From: Octopus sinensis
Taxonomy: Eukaryota
Length of the DNA stretch: 64,000 nucleotides
Assembly (NCBI RefSeq): GCF_006345805.1
Contig: NC_043021.1
Location: 7,750,001-7,814,000, forward strand
Direction: 5' to 3'
Each line of letters begins with the position of its first letter. The stretch's first letter is position 1. The translations under genes and the position numbers were made by a program. The notes under the pieces were generated by a model, which made no database searches, was not told the DNA's origin, and saw only the letters and a program-made list of their open reading frames with translations. Positions 40,219 through 52,139 of the stretch are shown in pieces.

Positions 40219-40257
40219 CAACACGGGACGGACAAGTTTTAACAAATGTTCTTAAAA

Positions 40258-40300
<43 letters not shown>

Positions 40301-41284
40301 TTATATATATGTATGTATATATACACACACATATATATATATATATATGTATGTACGTATGTATGTATGTATGCATCCATGATGTATGTCACTGGTTCAA
40401 ATATTTACATGCTTTGTTGGTAGGAAAAACAACAATAGAAAATCTGGTTTTAACAATATAATTTCTGTTTTTAACAAGGAAGATATAGCAACGTTTTCAT
40501 CAAGAGAAGGGATAAATTATTATACTATCGTAGACACCAATAACACCACAACCAACATTTTGTTCTGATATTTTGGAAATCCCTCAATATGCTATCACCA
40601 GTGTGAGCTGTAATGTCTCTTAGCTACTTAGCACCATAAATAAAGACATGTGCTGTTTAGCTTGATAGTAATAGCAAAGAGTATAAATCAATGCTCTTAA
40701 GTAACGAGAATTTTTTTCTGTACCGTATCATGGCATATAAAAATCACACAGCCAAAAATCTGACAGATATGTTCCAAACACCAGCTCATTAACGACAAAG
40801 TTATTCTACTAAATTTTTCATTATTTTAAAAATGAATTTAAACAAAGGCAATCTATGTGAACAGAAAAATGGTAACAAAAAAGGTTAAGAAAGATTTCCT
40901 GTAGATTCTGTGAGCAACTATGTAAAGGCCTTTTTTCTTTTTTCTACTCTAGGCACAAGGCCCGAAATCTTTGGGGAGAGTGATAGTCGATTCGATCGAC
41001 CTCAGTACGCAATTGGTACTTAATTTATCGATCCAGAAAAGATGAAAGGCAAAGTCGAGACCTCGGCGGAATTTGAACTCAGAACGGAAAGACAGATGAA
41101 ATACCGCTAAGCATTTTCGCCCAGCATGCCAACGATTCTGCCAGCTCACCGCCAGAAAAGGCCTTCTTGTTTCATTTTGTTGACTACCTGCATGAAATAG
41201 AACTGCTTGATCACCTGCTGACTTGTGGCAAAACAACAACAGTAGGAGAAATCAAAGGAGCTTCTACATGGTTGCCCAGCTTAC

Positions 41285-41317
41285 ATGAAGGAGTAACCAA
41301 ACTTCCTCCAACCCATA
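41285..41317 (-). CDS. Candidate 33-nt exon (YGLEEVWLLLH, phase 0-0)
   Basis: Acceptor ttattttgaaacatttcag|T, donor CAT|GTAAGC. Confidence 0.4.
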
Positions 41318-41554
41318 CTGAAATGTTTCAAAATAAATAAATAAACCAACAACCTATTGGGTAACACAATTTGGGAATAAAGTCAGGACAGTCAAGGCTG
41401 CAATGCCTTTCATCATTTAGGGCCCACTGGGTTTAAACAATAACAATAACAACAACAACAACTGTAGAACGAAAACGATAATAGCTGACATTTCAGCGGA
41501 ACAAACCAGATTTAAATAACCAAAGAAGCTAAGATATAAAATTTCATTTTTTAC

Positions 41555-41611
41555 CTTTCTTCTTTCCATAACAATTTCACTGAACAGAAGTTTGGCTTCT
41601 TTCTTCAAAGT
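41555..41611 (-). CDS. Candidate 57-nt exon (TLKKEAKLLFSEIVMERRK, phase 0-0)
   Basis: Acceptor ggttttag|A, donor AAG|GTAAAA; helix-like translation, in phase with 41285-41317. Confidence 0.4.
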
Positions 41612-42351
41612 CTAAAACCCCCACCCCCACCCCAAAAGTAAATAAATAGAAGTAAAAGAGAATAATTTGGAGAAAATAGAAGTATGAATGTAGTATAACT
41701 CTGATAAATATGAGAAGGGGGAAAAAAAAAAACCATACATAATTTTTAAATAATGCACAATAAATATAATTTGGAGCTTTGTAAAAGACACAGCCAGGTA
41801 AATAAATCTAAGAAAGCAAAATGTATAACTTATAATTTCTTTAAATAACTCTCAATAAATATGAATAAATAGAATTTTAACTGTTATATTTTGAACAACT
41901 ATTTTATATAGGTAAGAAGTGAATATACATACATACATACACACATATATTTGTAAAGATATATATATATATATATATATATATGTTGGCAATAGTTCAT
42001 ATATTCAAAAAAGAACATTCGAAAACAGAGCAGTAATATATATTTAGAAGGTTGTCAGAGAATGGCCAGTCAGAGAATGACCGTTGGTATCGCATTTGTA
42101 AAGCGCTTAGCTAAGTGTTTTATACATGCAAAACCAGTGGTCACTCTCTGATTGGCCACAACAAACAAGCTTCTAAATATACATACATACATATATATAT
42201 ATATGTACAGATAAATAGATACACACACACACACACACACATAGATATGTACATATATATATATATAATATATATATACATATATATATATATACATATA
42301 TATACATATATATACATATACATATATATACATATACATATATATACATAT

Positions 42352-42402
<51 letters not shown>

Positions 42403-43909
42403 AGTTTTGACGTCTATTTTTCCATGCTTGCATGAGTCAGACAAACTTACGGAAACAGATTTTCTATAGCCGAATGTTCTCCCCATCACCAATCATCACC
42501 TGTTTCCCAGCAACATGATATTTCCCCCTAGTCCTTCAAAGCAACAAACTGCTCAAAGGCTGGACATGTTTACATGGAAGTCTTTGAACAAAGACACACT
42601 ATGGTAACAAACTTTAAACCATGTAGTTCCAAAGCAAACATTTTAATCACATGGACATGTCTGCACCATCCTGGCCCCCGTGCCGGTGGCACGTAAAAAC
42701 ACCATCCGTTCGTGGCCGTTTGCCAGCTCTGTCTGGCACCTGTGCAGGTGGCACGTAAAAAGCACCCACTACACTCACGGAGTGGTTGGCGTTAGGAAGG
42801 GCATCCAGCCGTAGAAACACTGCCAAATCTGACTGGGCCTGATGAAACCTTCCGGCTTCACAGACCCCAGTTAAACCGTCCAACCCATGCTAGCATGGAA
42901 AACGGACGCTAAATGATGATGATATATATATATATATATATACACTTTATTTTTTGTATTAAAGGTATCGTTAGTTTCATGTTAAGGAAATTCTCAACAA
43001 TTATTCAAGCCAATCACATAGAAAAATTGGTGTTTGTGTCCAAAATGGAGACAAGAACCAATTTTTCTGTGATTGTCATAAATAATTGTTGAGAATTTTT
43101 TTATCATGAAATCAATGGTAGTCTGTAATACACAAATAAAGGACTTTTATCCACCAATGTAGTGTTAAGCACTCCTCATTGTTCAATATATATATATATA
43201 TACATACACACACATACATTCATGTGTGTGTGCATGTATGGATGTATTAGTTTGCTGTATTTGAAATGTAATACCAAACCATGATACCCAATTTGTCAGT
43301 ATATAAGATACACCAATATTTCCAAGAATGTACTTTGAAATAGAAAAAAAAAATTAATTTTCAAATATAAATAGTGATCTGACTTATTAAATTTGAATAT
43401 CCTGATAAAATTTTGGAATATTCTTTAAATATTGAAAAAAAAAAAGTGTTTTATAGACAGAGAAATATGGTGATGTACATTTTATATAAATTATATCACA
43501 ATAGACAATGTTATTGATAAAATTGTGGGAGTTGAAGATAAGTTTGAATAAAGAGTAAGAAGTAATCTTTCTTTGGAGTTGTATTTGTCTCACAATCTGA
43601 GACTGTGTGTTGAGACTGAAGTAATTACATTTGGAAGAGCTTTACTAGTTGTCTAATCACACACAAAGTTGATAAACTAACTTTAAACTTAACCCTTTTG
43701 TTACCACATCTCTGTTGAGATGCTCTGTGTTTCTTTCAATTAATTTGAGATATAGTATTTTACTATTAGTTTAGTAAAATAACTCAGTAATCATTAAGCT
43801 AGTGTTAAGAACATAAATTTGTGACTAAGGTTTGGGAGAAGATTTTAATTCAGAAGTTTTGAGCTGGAGGCAGTTTGGTATCAAAAGGATCAAATTTATT
43901 CCATGTTAC

Positions 43910-43950
43910 GTCAAAATACTCATTGCACAACTCCAACCTGGTCACTGAAA
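43910..43950 (-). CDS. Candidate exon ((V)SVTRLELCNEYFD, phase 1-0)
   Basis: TACTAAC branch-like motif before tandem acceptors at 43950 and 43944; donor GAC|GTAACA. Confidence 0.25.
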
Positions 43951-44125
43951 CTATGTTAGTACCAGGGTAAGAGAGACCAATGTAAAGTTTGATGCCTCAT
44001 GAAATATATTTGAATTTGAAATAAACTTAAGCTTTGTGTGAGATAAGATGGCTAGAATGGCTCATCCAAATGGAATTGTTAGTCGTTTTACCATTTCACC
44101 TTCAGCTCACTACCTGCTTTAATTA

Positions 44126-44805
44126 TTGGTTTCGAATTTTGGCCCAGGGCCAGCAATTTCAGGGAGGGGCTAAGTCAATTACATCAACCCCCAGTGATCA
44201 ACTGGTACTTTATTTTATCGACCCCGAAAGGATGAAAGGCAAAGTGAACCTCGGTAGAATTTGAGCTCAGAACATAGCGGCAGACGAAATGCTGTTGAGC
44301 ATTTTGCCCAGTGTGCTAATGATTCTGCCAGCTCGTTGCTGTAATTATTATATAAATATTGGTTTCAAATTTTGGCACAAGGCCAGCAACTTCGGGGAGG
44401 GGCTAAGTTGATTACATCAACCCCCAAGTCATCAACTGGTACTTATTTTATTGACCTGAAAAGATGAAAGGCAAAGTCGACCTCAGCAGAATTTGAGCTC
44501 AGAACATAAAGATGTACAAAATACCGTTAAGCATTTCGCCCGGCATGCTAACGATTCTGCCAGCTTGCTGCCTTAATTATTATACAAAAATTGGCTTCAA
44601 ATTTTGGCACAAGGCCAGCAATTTCGGGGATGGGCTTAGTAGATTACATCAACCTGTAATCAATTGGTACTTATTTTGTTGATCCTGAAAGGATGAAAGG
44701 CAAAGATGACCTTGGCAGAATTTGAGCTCAGAATGTAAATACAGACAAAAAACTACTAAGCATTTTAGTTGGTATGCTAACAATTTTTCCAGCTCACCAT
44801 CTTGG
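44126..44805 (-). mobile_element. Tandem array of three diverged family-B SINE units (period about 232 bp)
   Basis: attgg(t/c)ttc(g/a)aattttggc recurs near 44126, 44359 and 44590. Confidence 0.8.
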
Positions 44806-45349
44806 CCACTTTTAGTTATGATTCACTAAGATGGATGCAAGTACTTTGGCATTGGTGCTAGAAAGATGAAGATGGAGCGCTCAGTTAAATACAGGTGAGA
44901 CTAGTAAAGAATTAGAATAATTAAAACTTGATGGTGTGGTGCAACTTAATCGACACTGGTTTAGAGAGAAATCGATTGGAACATTAATTAAGAGTAAGAC
45001 TGAGCTGAATGATTGAAGTTAGGGTGTCACATATCTTTTTTGTGTGGTGTGTGTTTGTTGTGACACTATCATCGGATGCAAAGATAATATATAGACCATC
45101 GGCAGTGAGGAATTTTAAAGGAGAAAAAAAAAATGAAAAGAGATAGAAAAGATTTGTTTGAATGTGATGTGCGGGGGGAGGATAATGAGGAAGAGTGAGG
45201 GTGGAGTGAGAAGAAAGGATGAAGGAAAGAGGTAACAGTAACAAAGTTCATATTTATGTTAAGAAATGGGGTGGGGGTGGGGGGTTAAATCACAAAAACT
45301 TTGATCTGTCGCCTCTAACCCATTTTTCTGTCAGTAGGAAAACAGCCTC

Positions 45350-45538
45350 CTATTCAACATGGCCAGCATCTTTTATGGTAACGTAGCGGGACAGGACACA
45401 GACACTAGCAATAGTAAGGACCACAAGGAAGATGAAGAAAATATAAAAAGACTCTTCATCAAAGACGTCCGTAAATGCTGGAATCAAGGAAGACAGTCGG
45501 TTGACCAGCTTCTTCTCTACAGACAACTTGGGCAACAT
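45350..45538 (-). CDS. 62-aa single-pass membrane micropeptide MLPKLSVEKKLVNRLSSLIPAFTDVFDEESFYIFFIFLVVLTIASVCVLSRYVTIKDAGHVE
   Basis: AAAATG start at 45538 in an exon opened by a strong acceptor (tttttcaattgcag|A at 45665); one hydrophobic helix; the FTDVFDEESFY...LSRYVTIK motif matches my recollection of conserved uncharacterised invertebrate micropeptides (not verified by search). Confidence 0.8.
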   Translation of the reverse strand: MLPKLSVEKKLVNRLSSLIPAFTDVFDEESFYIFFIFLVVLTIASVCVLSRYVTIKDAGHVE

Positions 45539-45782
45539 TTTCACCACAATCTACCTTAGAGTCCAACAGGAGTGAATGTTCAGTGTAAAAATTGTGACCA
45601 GAAGCTTTGGGAGTGTGTGTTGTGGCACTAGTTCAGCCAAGGAACCGCTTAGTTCTGACTCTTATCTGCAATTGAAAAATAGAAAACAAATGTGAACGTT
45701 AAAAAGCAAATGCTAAAGATTTTAAAATCCTTCGAGTTAATGACAATTTAATTTAGAACATGGATCATTAGAGGACTGGTAC

Positions 45783-45820
45783 CTGTTGCAAGCATTGACC
45801 AACCTTTTGATACCACAATT
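45783..45820 (-). other. Candidate 38-nt upstream exon, probably 5'-UTR of the micropeptide transcript
   Basis: Acceptor taatttcaacag|A, donor CAG|GTACCA. Confidence 0.4.
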
Positions 45821-46227
45821 CTGTTGAAATTACGTGCTTTGTTTCAATTGATTATGAAAATAATAAAGAATTTAATAAAAGAACTTTATCATTGTTGTAT
45901 TTCAGGATGGTCATTATTAATTTTTTCTTTTTTGCCAAAGAAACACACGCACTCTCTTTTTTTCTTTTACTTGTTTATTACTGTTCCTATTTTATTATTT
46001 TAACTCATGTCCATTGTCCGGAAATTTTTCGTCACACATCTGTGACCTCTTCAGCGACACTTTTCGTTGTCATGTGTGTTCTTGCTCCACTTACTCCATT
46101 CTCTGGTGCTTTAAAGATGATGACGGAGCACTCATGCAAAGATAATAACTTTATCATTATTATGCTAGTGTATGGGACTTAAATCAAGATAAAATTTCGA
46201 TGGAGGTTATAATTTAGATCACTTTAA

Positions 46228-46758
46228 CCCTTTAGCATTCAGATTACTCTGTCAAATGTTTGTTCCTTCTTGAGCTATGCCTGGCTCATTAGGGCCAGTT
46301 TCCCAGTTTCCTTGGAGTATAGGTTCCCCACCTGGATGATACGCCAGTCTGTCGCAGGTGAGCTGCAAGATGCAGGAGGAAAGATTGAGAGAAAGTTGTG
46401 GCGAATGAGTCAGCAGAAGTTTGCCATTACCTTCTGCCGGAGCCACGTGGAGCTTAAGTGTTTCGCTCATAAACACACACATTGCCCAGTCTGAGATTTG
46501 AACCCATGTTCCCTTGACCGCGAGTCCGTTACTCTAACCACTAGGCCATGTGCCTCCACCTGTCAAATGTAATGCTTATTTATTGACATTGTTTGGAATG
46601 AATCATGCATTATCTTATAGTTTCAAGATTTCAGTGATGTCATAGTTTATGTTTACTATGAAATTGTAGGGTAGAAGTGAGAAACCAGATCTGGCCAGTT
46701 TGAACATAAGAGAGGTAAAATATTTTGGCCAGATATGACTGGTTTAACTGCTTAAGGG
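46228..46758. mobile_element. piggyBac-type MITE containing a nested SINE (46260-46559)
   Basis: TTAA|CCCTTTAG...AAGGG|TTAA ends; the SINE is flanked by an 11-bp TSD CTGTCAAATGT (46249-46259 and 46560-46570). Confidence 0.75.
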
Positions 46759-47649
46759 TTAAACATAAAGCTCGTTTCATAGAACAAAGGGTGGGCTACG
46801 GCAGGTTAACATCAAAAGGGTTAAAAACTTCAAATTTTAGTATGACACTAGCTAATGTGCCAACACCTGCAAGTCATCATCATCCTTTAATGTCCGTTTT
46901 CCATGCTGGCATGGGTTGGATTGTTTGACTTGAGCTTGGGAAGCCAGAGAGCTGCACCAGGTTCCAACCTGATTTGGCCAGGTTTCTATGGCTGGATGTC
47001 CTTAATGCCAACCACTTTACAGTGTGTTATGGGTGCTTTTACATGGAGCTAGCACTGGTACCTTTTTATGTGATACCAGCACTGGTACCTTTTTATGTGA
47101 TACCAGGAAAAGCAGTCTTAACACTTCTGCTGTGGAGGACAGGTCTTAAATAATGAAATTATTGTATACAGTGCTCAGGTGCACCACAACTTGTCAGACA
47201 GTGCGTATAAAGTGTATGCAGTAATGTACAAACGTCTGGAAAGCGAACAATGTATGAGTCAGATACATGCTTGTGTGTGTATGGAGGGGAGAAAATCAGG
47301 TGTAGTGTTGGCGAATCTCAGAAAGCATGGAAGTTTTGAAGGATGCAGTGCTCCGACAACTAACAACTGATGCCGGCAGTTTGTTCCATGCTTCAGCAAC
47401 TCTCAGCGTGAAAAAATGTTTCTGAAAGTCATGTGAGCTGTGCTGTTTTCTGACTTTGTAAATATGTCCACGGGTGTTAGATGGGTGGAGTTTGAAAAGG
47501 TGTTAGACAGGTGAAGTTTGAAAATGTTAGACGGGTGGAGTTTGTACTCTTCTCGAGCACAATCTAATTCAGCCTCTTGCTTCTCATTACTCACGGATAT
47601 GGCATCAGAGATACTTAAACCTCTCACTTGTCTTAGTTCCACTAACATA

Positions 47650-47875
47650 CTGAGTGCACTGGGAAGATTTCCTCATGAGGACTAGCATCCCAGTCTTCAC
47701 AACACCCTCATCCTCGCCTTGCAGCACCCAGCAGCAAACCTATTCAGTACATGCTGGAGAGCGCTTTCTGATGAGCCAAGTAACACCATGTCACCTGCAA
47801 ATATCTGCTGACCAACTGTACACCCACCAGTTGCAGCATCACTTCCACAATGGCTGCGCACGTCAATCTACTTCA
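47650..47875 (-). mobile_element. LINE reverse-transcriptase core relic
   Basis: Minus frame QIFAGDMVLLGSSESALQHVLNRFAAGC, a degenerate FADD catalytic motif. Confidence 0.7.
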
Positions 47876-47987
47876 TAAGGATTATGAAAAAAGAGAGGTG
47901 ATAATACATAGCTCTGCCGAAGCCCAACACCCACATTGAAATTATAAACCATCATGTAAAAATATATTTGTATATAAACACACTCAC

Positions 47988-48080
47988 TACATCAGTGGTT
48001 TCCAGTTAGAGTGTTGCTATAAGCTAGGATATCATAGGCAACAAGTAGGGATGTTGTCACCCTAAGCTCACAGTGCTGGG
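47988..48080 (-). other. Candidate non-coding 5'-UTR exon
   Basis: Acceptor ggattttgacag|C, donor GTA|GTGAGT; all three frames closed. Confidence 0.3.
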
Positions 48081-48199
48081 CTGTCAAAATCCCAGAAACG
48101 TCGGAAATCAGTGACTGTGTGTGTGTGTGTGTGTGTGTGTAGTCATATTTTTTTATATATTGCAAAATACCAAGTAGAAACAAACATCATGAAATGGAA

Positions 48200-49170
48200 A
48201 TATTGAAAGCAGATGGGTGTAAAACGGATGAATATTCGTCGAAAAGGTAGGAGGCATATGTTTCCCTTTATCAAGTGCAGGCTACCGTTCACACGCGTGC
48301 GTGCGTATAAAACTTGACGATGTTATATATATGGAGTGAAATCACGTAACAATAACATATGGGATGATGTTTTTGATTTCTTAAAACTTAATACTCATTG
48401 CCAAGCAAAACAGAGCAGCCACGGTACATTTCTATCTAGACAGTAACATTGAATCGTAATAATTCTTCGGAAAGTTGATGGATTAAAAGGGAATTCCGAA
48501 AGGATTGTAGTTGTTATTGAAAGACAGCTCTCTGATTAGAATGATCTACGATCAGAGATATTCCAGATGCAAGATAATTCCTGTCTTTTAGTGTATCAAG
48601 GAATACATTTGGACAAAATATTGTTCCAAATGTTAGGATTTTTCTTTTCATTTTTTTTTCTCTCTCGCTTTCTTTCTTTTTTTTTTTTAAAGGCAGCAGG
48701 ATATGATTTCCGGCAGATTATGTTGTTATCTACAGTAAATAGCTCAAAAATTTGAGATTTCTGGCTAACAGAAAGTGAAAGATGACAAACGTAGCTTTCT
48801 GGAAAATCTAGACATTTTTTTTTATCTTTTTGGCTTTTTACGGAATCACTAAATAAAAAATAAAGAAAGAAACGATCGTATATTTAGAAATAAAAAAGTA
48901 GTGCACAAATATATTACCGAGATGATATATCAACCAGTAGACGACAGCCAAGACAGATCGCAAAAAACCTGTAACCCGAAGCAACAGACGATGATCCAAG
49001 ACAAAAGATGATGTTATAAACAACAGGGAAAATGGCGTTATCAGTTAAGGGAAGCAACTCTGGGTATGGTTTATTTCCCTTGTTTGGCTTCGTCGTCGTC
49101 GTCGTCGTCATGGATTCCGACGCCGCCACCGCCGCAACAGCTTTCGTTTCTCACAAAATTTGTTTTTGAT
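48200..49170. promoter_or_regulatory. CpG-rich promoter/first-exon region; candidate minus-strand first exon ending at donor CG|GTAATA (48918)
   Basis: Unique CpG-rich sequence upstream of the micropeptide exons; T-rich intron-like sequence follows the donor on the minus strand. Confidence 0.45.
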
Positions 49171-49339
49171 TGATTCTAGTTTCAGCTCATGAGCTGTGGC
49201 CATGCTGGGGCACCGCCATTTATTTCCAGAAATTTTAGTTATTTTAAAAATTAGATTTTATTTCTTGTTTTTTTTTTCTTGTTTTCTGTTTTTATTTATT
49301 TTTTTTTATCTCAAACGTTAATCCTAGAAAAATAATATA

Positions 49340-49915
49340 TAATAATAATAATAATGAAATTATTGTATACAGTGCTCAGGTGCACCACAACTTGTCAAAA
49401 AGTGCATATAAAGTGCATGCAGTAATGTAGAAATGTCTGGAAAGCGAACAATGTATGAGTCAGATACATGCCTGTGTGTGTATGGAGGGGAGAAAATCAG
49501 GTGTAGTGTTGGCGAATCTCAGGAAGCATGGAAGTTTTGAAGGATGCAGTGCTCTGACAACTAACAACTGATGCCGGCAGTTTGTTCCATGCTTCAGCAA
49601 CTCTCAGCGTGAAAAAATGTTTCCTGAAGTCATGGGAGCTGTGCTGTTTTCTGACTTAGTAAATATGTCCACGGGTGTTAGATGGGTGGAGTTTGAAAAG
49701 GTGCTCAGAGTTATTGTTTGTATGATGGTTGATAATTTTATGGGTGTCTGCCAAGTCAGCTGCCAGACGTCGGAGTTTCAATGTGTCCATGCCCAGGGAA
49801 GTAAGGCGTTCAGGATATGGCAAATGGCTGATGGAGGTTATTCTTTTGGTTGCACGTCGCTGAACAGCTTCCAGACGATTGATATCCTGGGTAAGATAGG
49901 GGTTCCAGACCGGTG
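49340..49915 (-). mobile_element. CR1-like LINE RT C-terminus and 3' tail
   Basis: Minus frame PVWNPYLTQDINRLEAVQRRATKRI...RVAEAWNKLPASVV...FKTSML, then (TTA)n. Confidence 0.9.
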
Positions 49916-50369
49916 ATGCACCGATTATTTAAGCTTTTGCTAAAATATCAGAGAACAAAATTATTTTTTGTACTAGTTATAATTGGATTCTAAATAACAA
50001 AGGAAAAAACAAGTACAGAAAAAATTTCTAGAACGTTTAATTTTAGTTTCTTTGAAGGATCTAAATGGTCAGATTTATCAGATCAACAAAACTATCTCTG
50101 ATGAGAAAGCTATTGAAACTAATGAGAAATCAGAAATTATTCATTTTATCCTGGTTACTAATATATATTGGGCAATTTATACAGAGTAAATTTACATTAA
50201 GGAGTGGAACATAATTTCCTGTAATTCAGACTGCTTCATGGTCCCAGCAGACAAAATGGAAAAAAGCGTTGACCTGGAGGGCGAGGGAGATGCGCTGGAA
50301 TATCCGCTCTGACTCTTGGAGATTATTTCCACCTCAGTAGCGGTGAGCAGGGGACCGAGAATGCTGGAG

Positions 50370-50740
50370 GTCTCCACTGCCACAGGTTCGACCATAAACT
50401 TAGGACTCATGGGGCTTGCACTTGTAGATAGCCATCCCTGCTCTGATAGCAGTAGGCAGAGATATGGTCCAGGAGTCAAGGACAACAGAGGCCTCCACTG
50501 CCACAGGTTTGACCATAAACCTGAAACTCACAGGGCTTGCACTTGCGGATAGCCATCCCTGCTCTGATAGCAATGAGCAGGTATATGGTCCAGGAGCCAA
50601 GGACAACAGAGGCTTCCACTGTCACAGGTTTGACCATAAACCTGAGACTCACAGGGCCTTTACTTGCAGCTAGTCAACCCCACTATGATAGCAGTGAATA
50701 GGGATATGAGGGAAAATGAGGTCCCCACTGCCTTAGGCTC
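50370..50740. repeat. About 120-bp tandem repeat, three copies
   Basis: tccactg(c/t)cacaggtt(c/t)gaccataaac recurs near 50373, 50494 and 50616. Confidence 0.85.
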
Positions 50741-50764
50741 AACCATAAACCTGTCAGAGAGTGA

Positions 50765-51690
50765 CCGAAACCTTCACTGTTTATTATGCCAGAAGTATGG
50801 ATATGAGGTAACAGGTGCTTGGTACCAACATACACTGGAAAAGGTAATGGATGAAAAAAGGAAGGCAAAAATCCTTTGGAACTTTGACTTCCAGACAAAC
50901 AAGATGTTAGAGGACCGAAGGCGGGATATAGTAACCTTTGGGAGGGACAAACAAGAGTACCTAATAACCAATGTGGCAGTGCCAGGAGCTCAACAAATCA
51001 TCATGAAAGAAAGGGAAAAGATTGATAAGAATGGACACCTGAGAATTGAGATTGCTGAGATGTGGCAGCCACGAGAATCAAACATAAAGGTTGTCCCTAT
51101 TGTCATCAGAGCATTAGGTTCAATACCACCCAACCCGAAAGAACATCTGGAAACTTTAGAAGTACCCTGGCAAGCTAGCAGAATCGTTAGCACGTCGGGC
51201 GAAAGAAGGCGGCGAGCTGGCAGAAACGTTAGCACGCCGGGCGAAATGCGTAGCCGTATTTCGTCTGTCGTTACGCTGTGAGTTCAAATTCCGCCGAGGT
51301 GGACTTTGCCTTTCATCCTTTCGGGGTCGATAAATTAAGTACCAGTTACGCACTGGGGTCGATGGAATCGACTTAATACCTATGTCTGTCCTTGTTTGTA
51401 CCATCTATGTTTAGCCCCTTGTGGGTAATAAAGAAATAGGTATTTCGTCTGCTGTTACGTTGTGAGTTCAAATTCCGCCGAGGTCGACTTTGCCTTTCAT
51501 CCTTTCGGGGTCGATAAATTAAGTACCAGTTAAGCAGTGGGGTCGATATAATCGACTTAATACCTATGTCTGTCCATGTTTGTCCCCTCTATGTTCAGCC
51601 CCTTGTGGGTAATAAAGAAATAGGTATATTGCAAAAGTCAGCATTACTTGGAACTACATGCATATTGTGTAAAGTACTGTCTATCTGATG
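50765..51690 (+). mobile_element. R4/Dong-like non-LTR retrotransposon 3' fragment (restriction-like endonuclease domain), split by SINEs
   Basis: WYQH...KILWNFDFQT...RRRDIV...NVAVP...KEREKIDK...VVPIVIRALG; after SINEs at 51168-51625 it resumes as ILQKSALLGTTCILCKVLSI*. Confidence 0.85.
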
Positions 51691-51759
51691 TCCTTGTTGT
51701 GACTTGACAAACAGTATAAACCCCCCGGTGGACACAATATCTTTTAGTGAATCAAAAAG

Positions 51760-52139
51760 GAGTGATGTTTCATCAGGACAATGTGTGACCCCACACTGCA
51801 AAGATCACATCACAGAAGATCGAAGAGCTTGGTTGAGAAAAATTCCTCATCTACCTTATTCTCTCAACCTTGCTCCTTCAGACTACCATTTGTACAGAAT
51901 CATGTGGGGGACATAACTTTCGCAAGCCAGGAGAATGTCGAAACTGACATTTCAGAGTTCTTCGCTTTGAAACCAAAAGAGTTTTACATTGATGGGATTA
52001 AAAAGCTTGTAAATAGATGGAAGGAAGTCATTGATAATCAGGGAAAGTACATTGATGATCAAATTTCAATTAAATACAACATTTGATCACCTGTTTTCTT
52101 TATTCAAAATTCGGACAGAACTTATGGGATGACCTGATA
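51760..52139 (+). mobile_element. Mariner transposase C-terminal relic with right TIR
   Basis: HLPYSLNLAPSDYHL and FFALKPKEFYIDGIKKLVNRWKEVIDNQGKY motifs with a frameshift; ends ...gaacttatgggatgacctgaTA. Confidence 0.85.

Noticed and set aside
49032-49063. Plus-strand first coding exon MALSVKGSNS(G) with donor GG|GTATGG
   Set aside because: Good start context, but no phase-2 downstream exon gave a sustained frame; a minus-strand first exon explains the region better. Not fully excluded.
50664-51281. 205-aa ORF as a host gene
   Set aside because: Retrotransposon RLE domain fused at its ends to a tandem repeat and SINE sequence.
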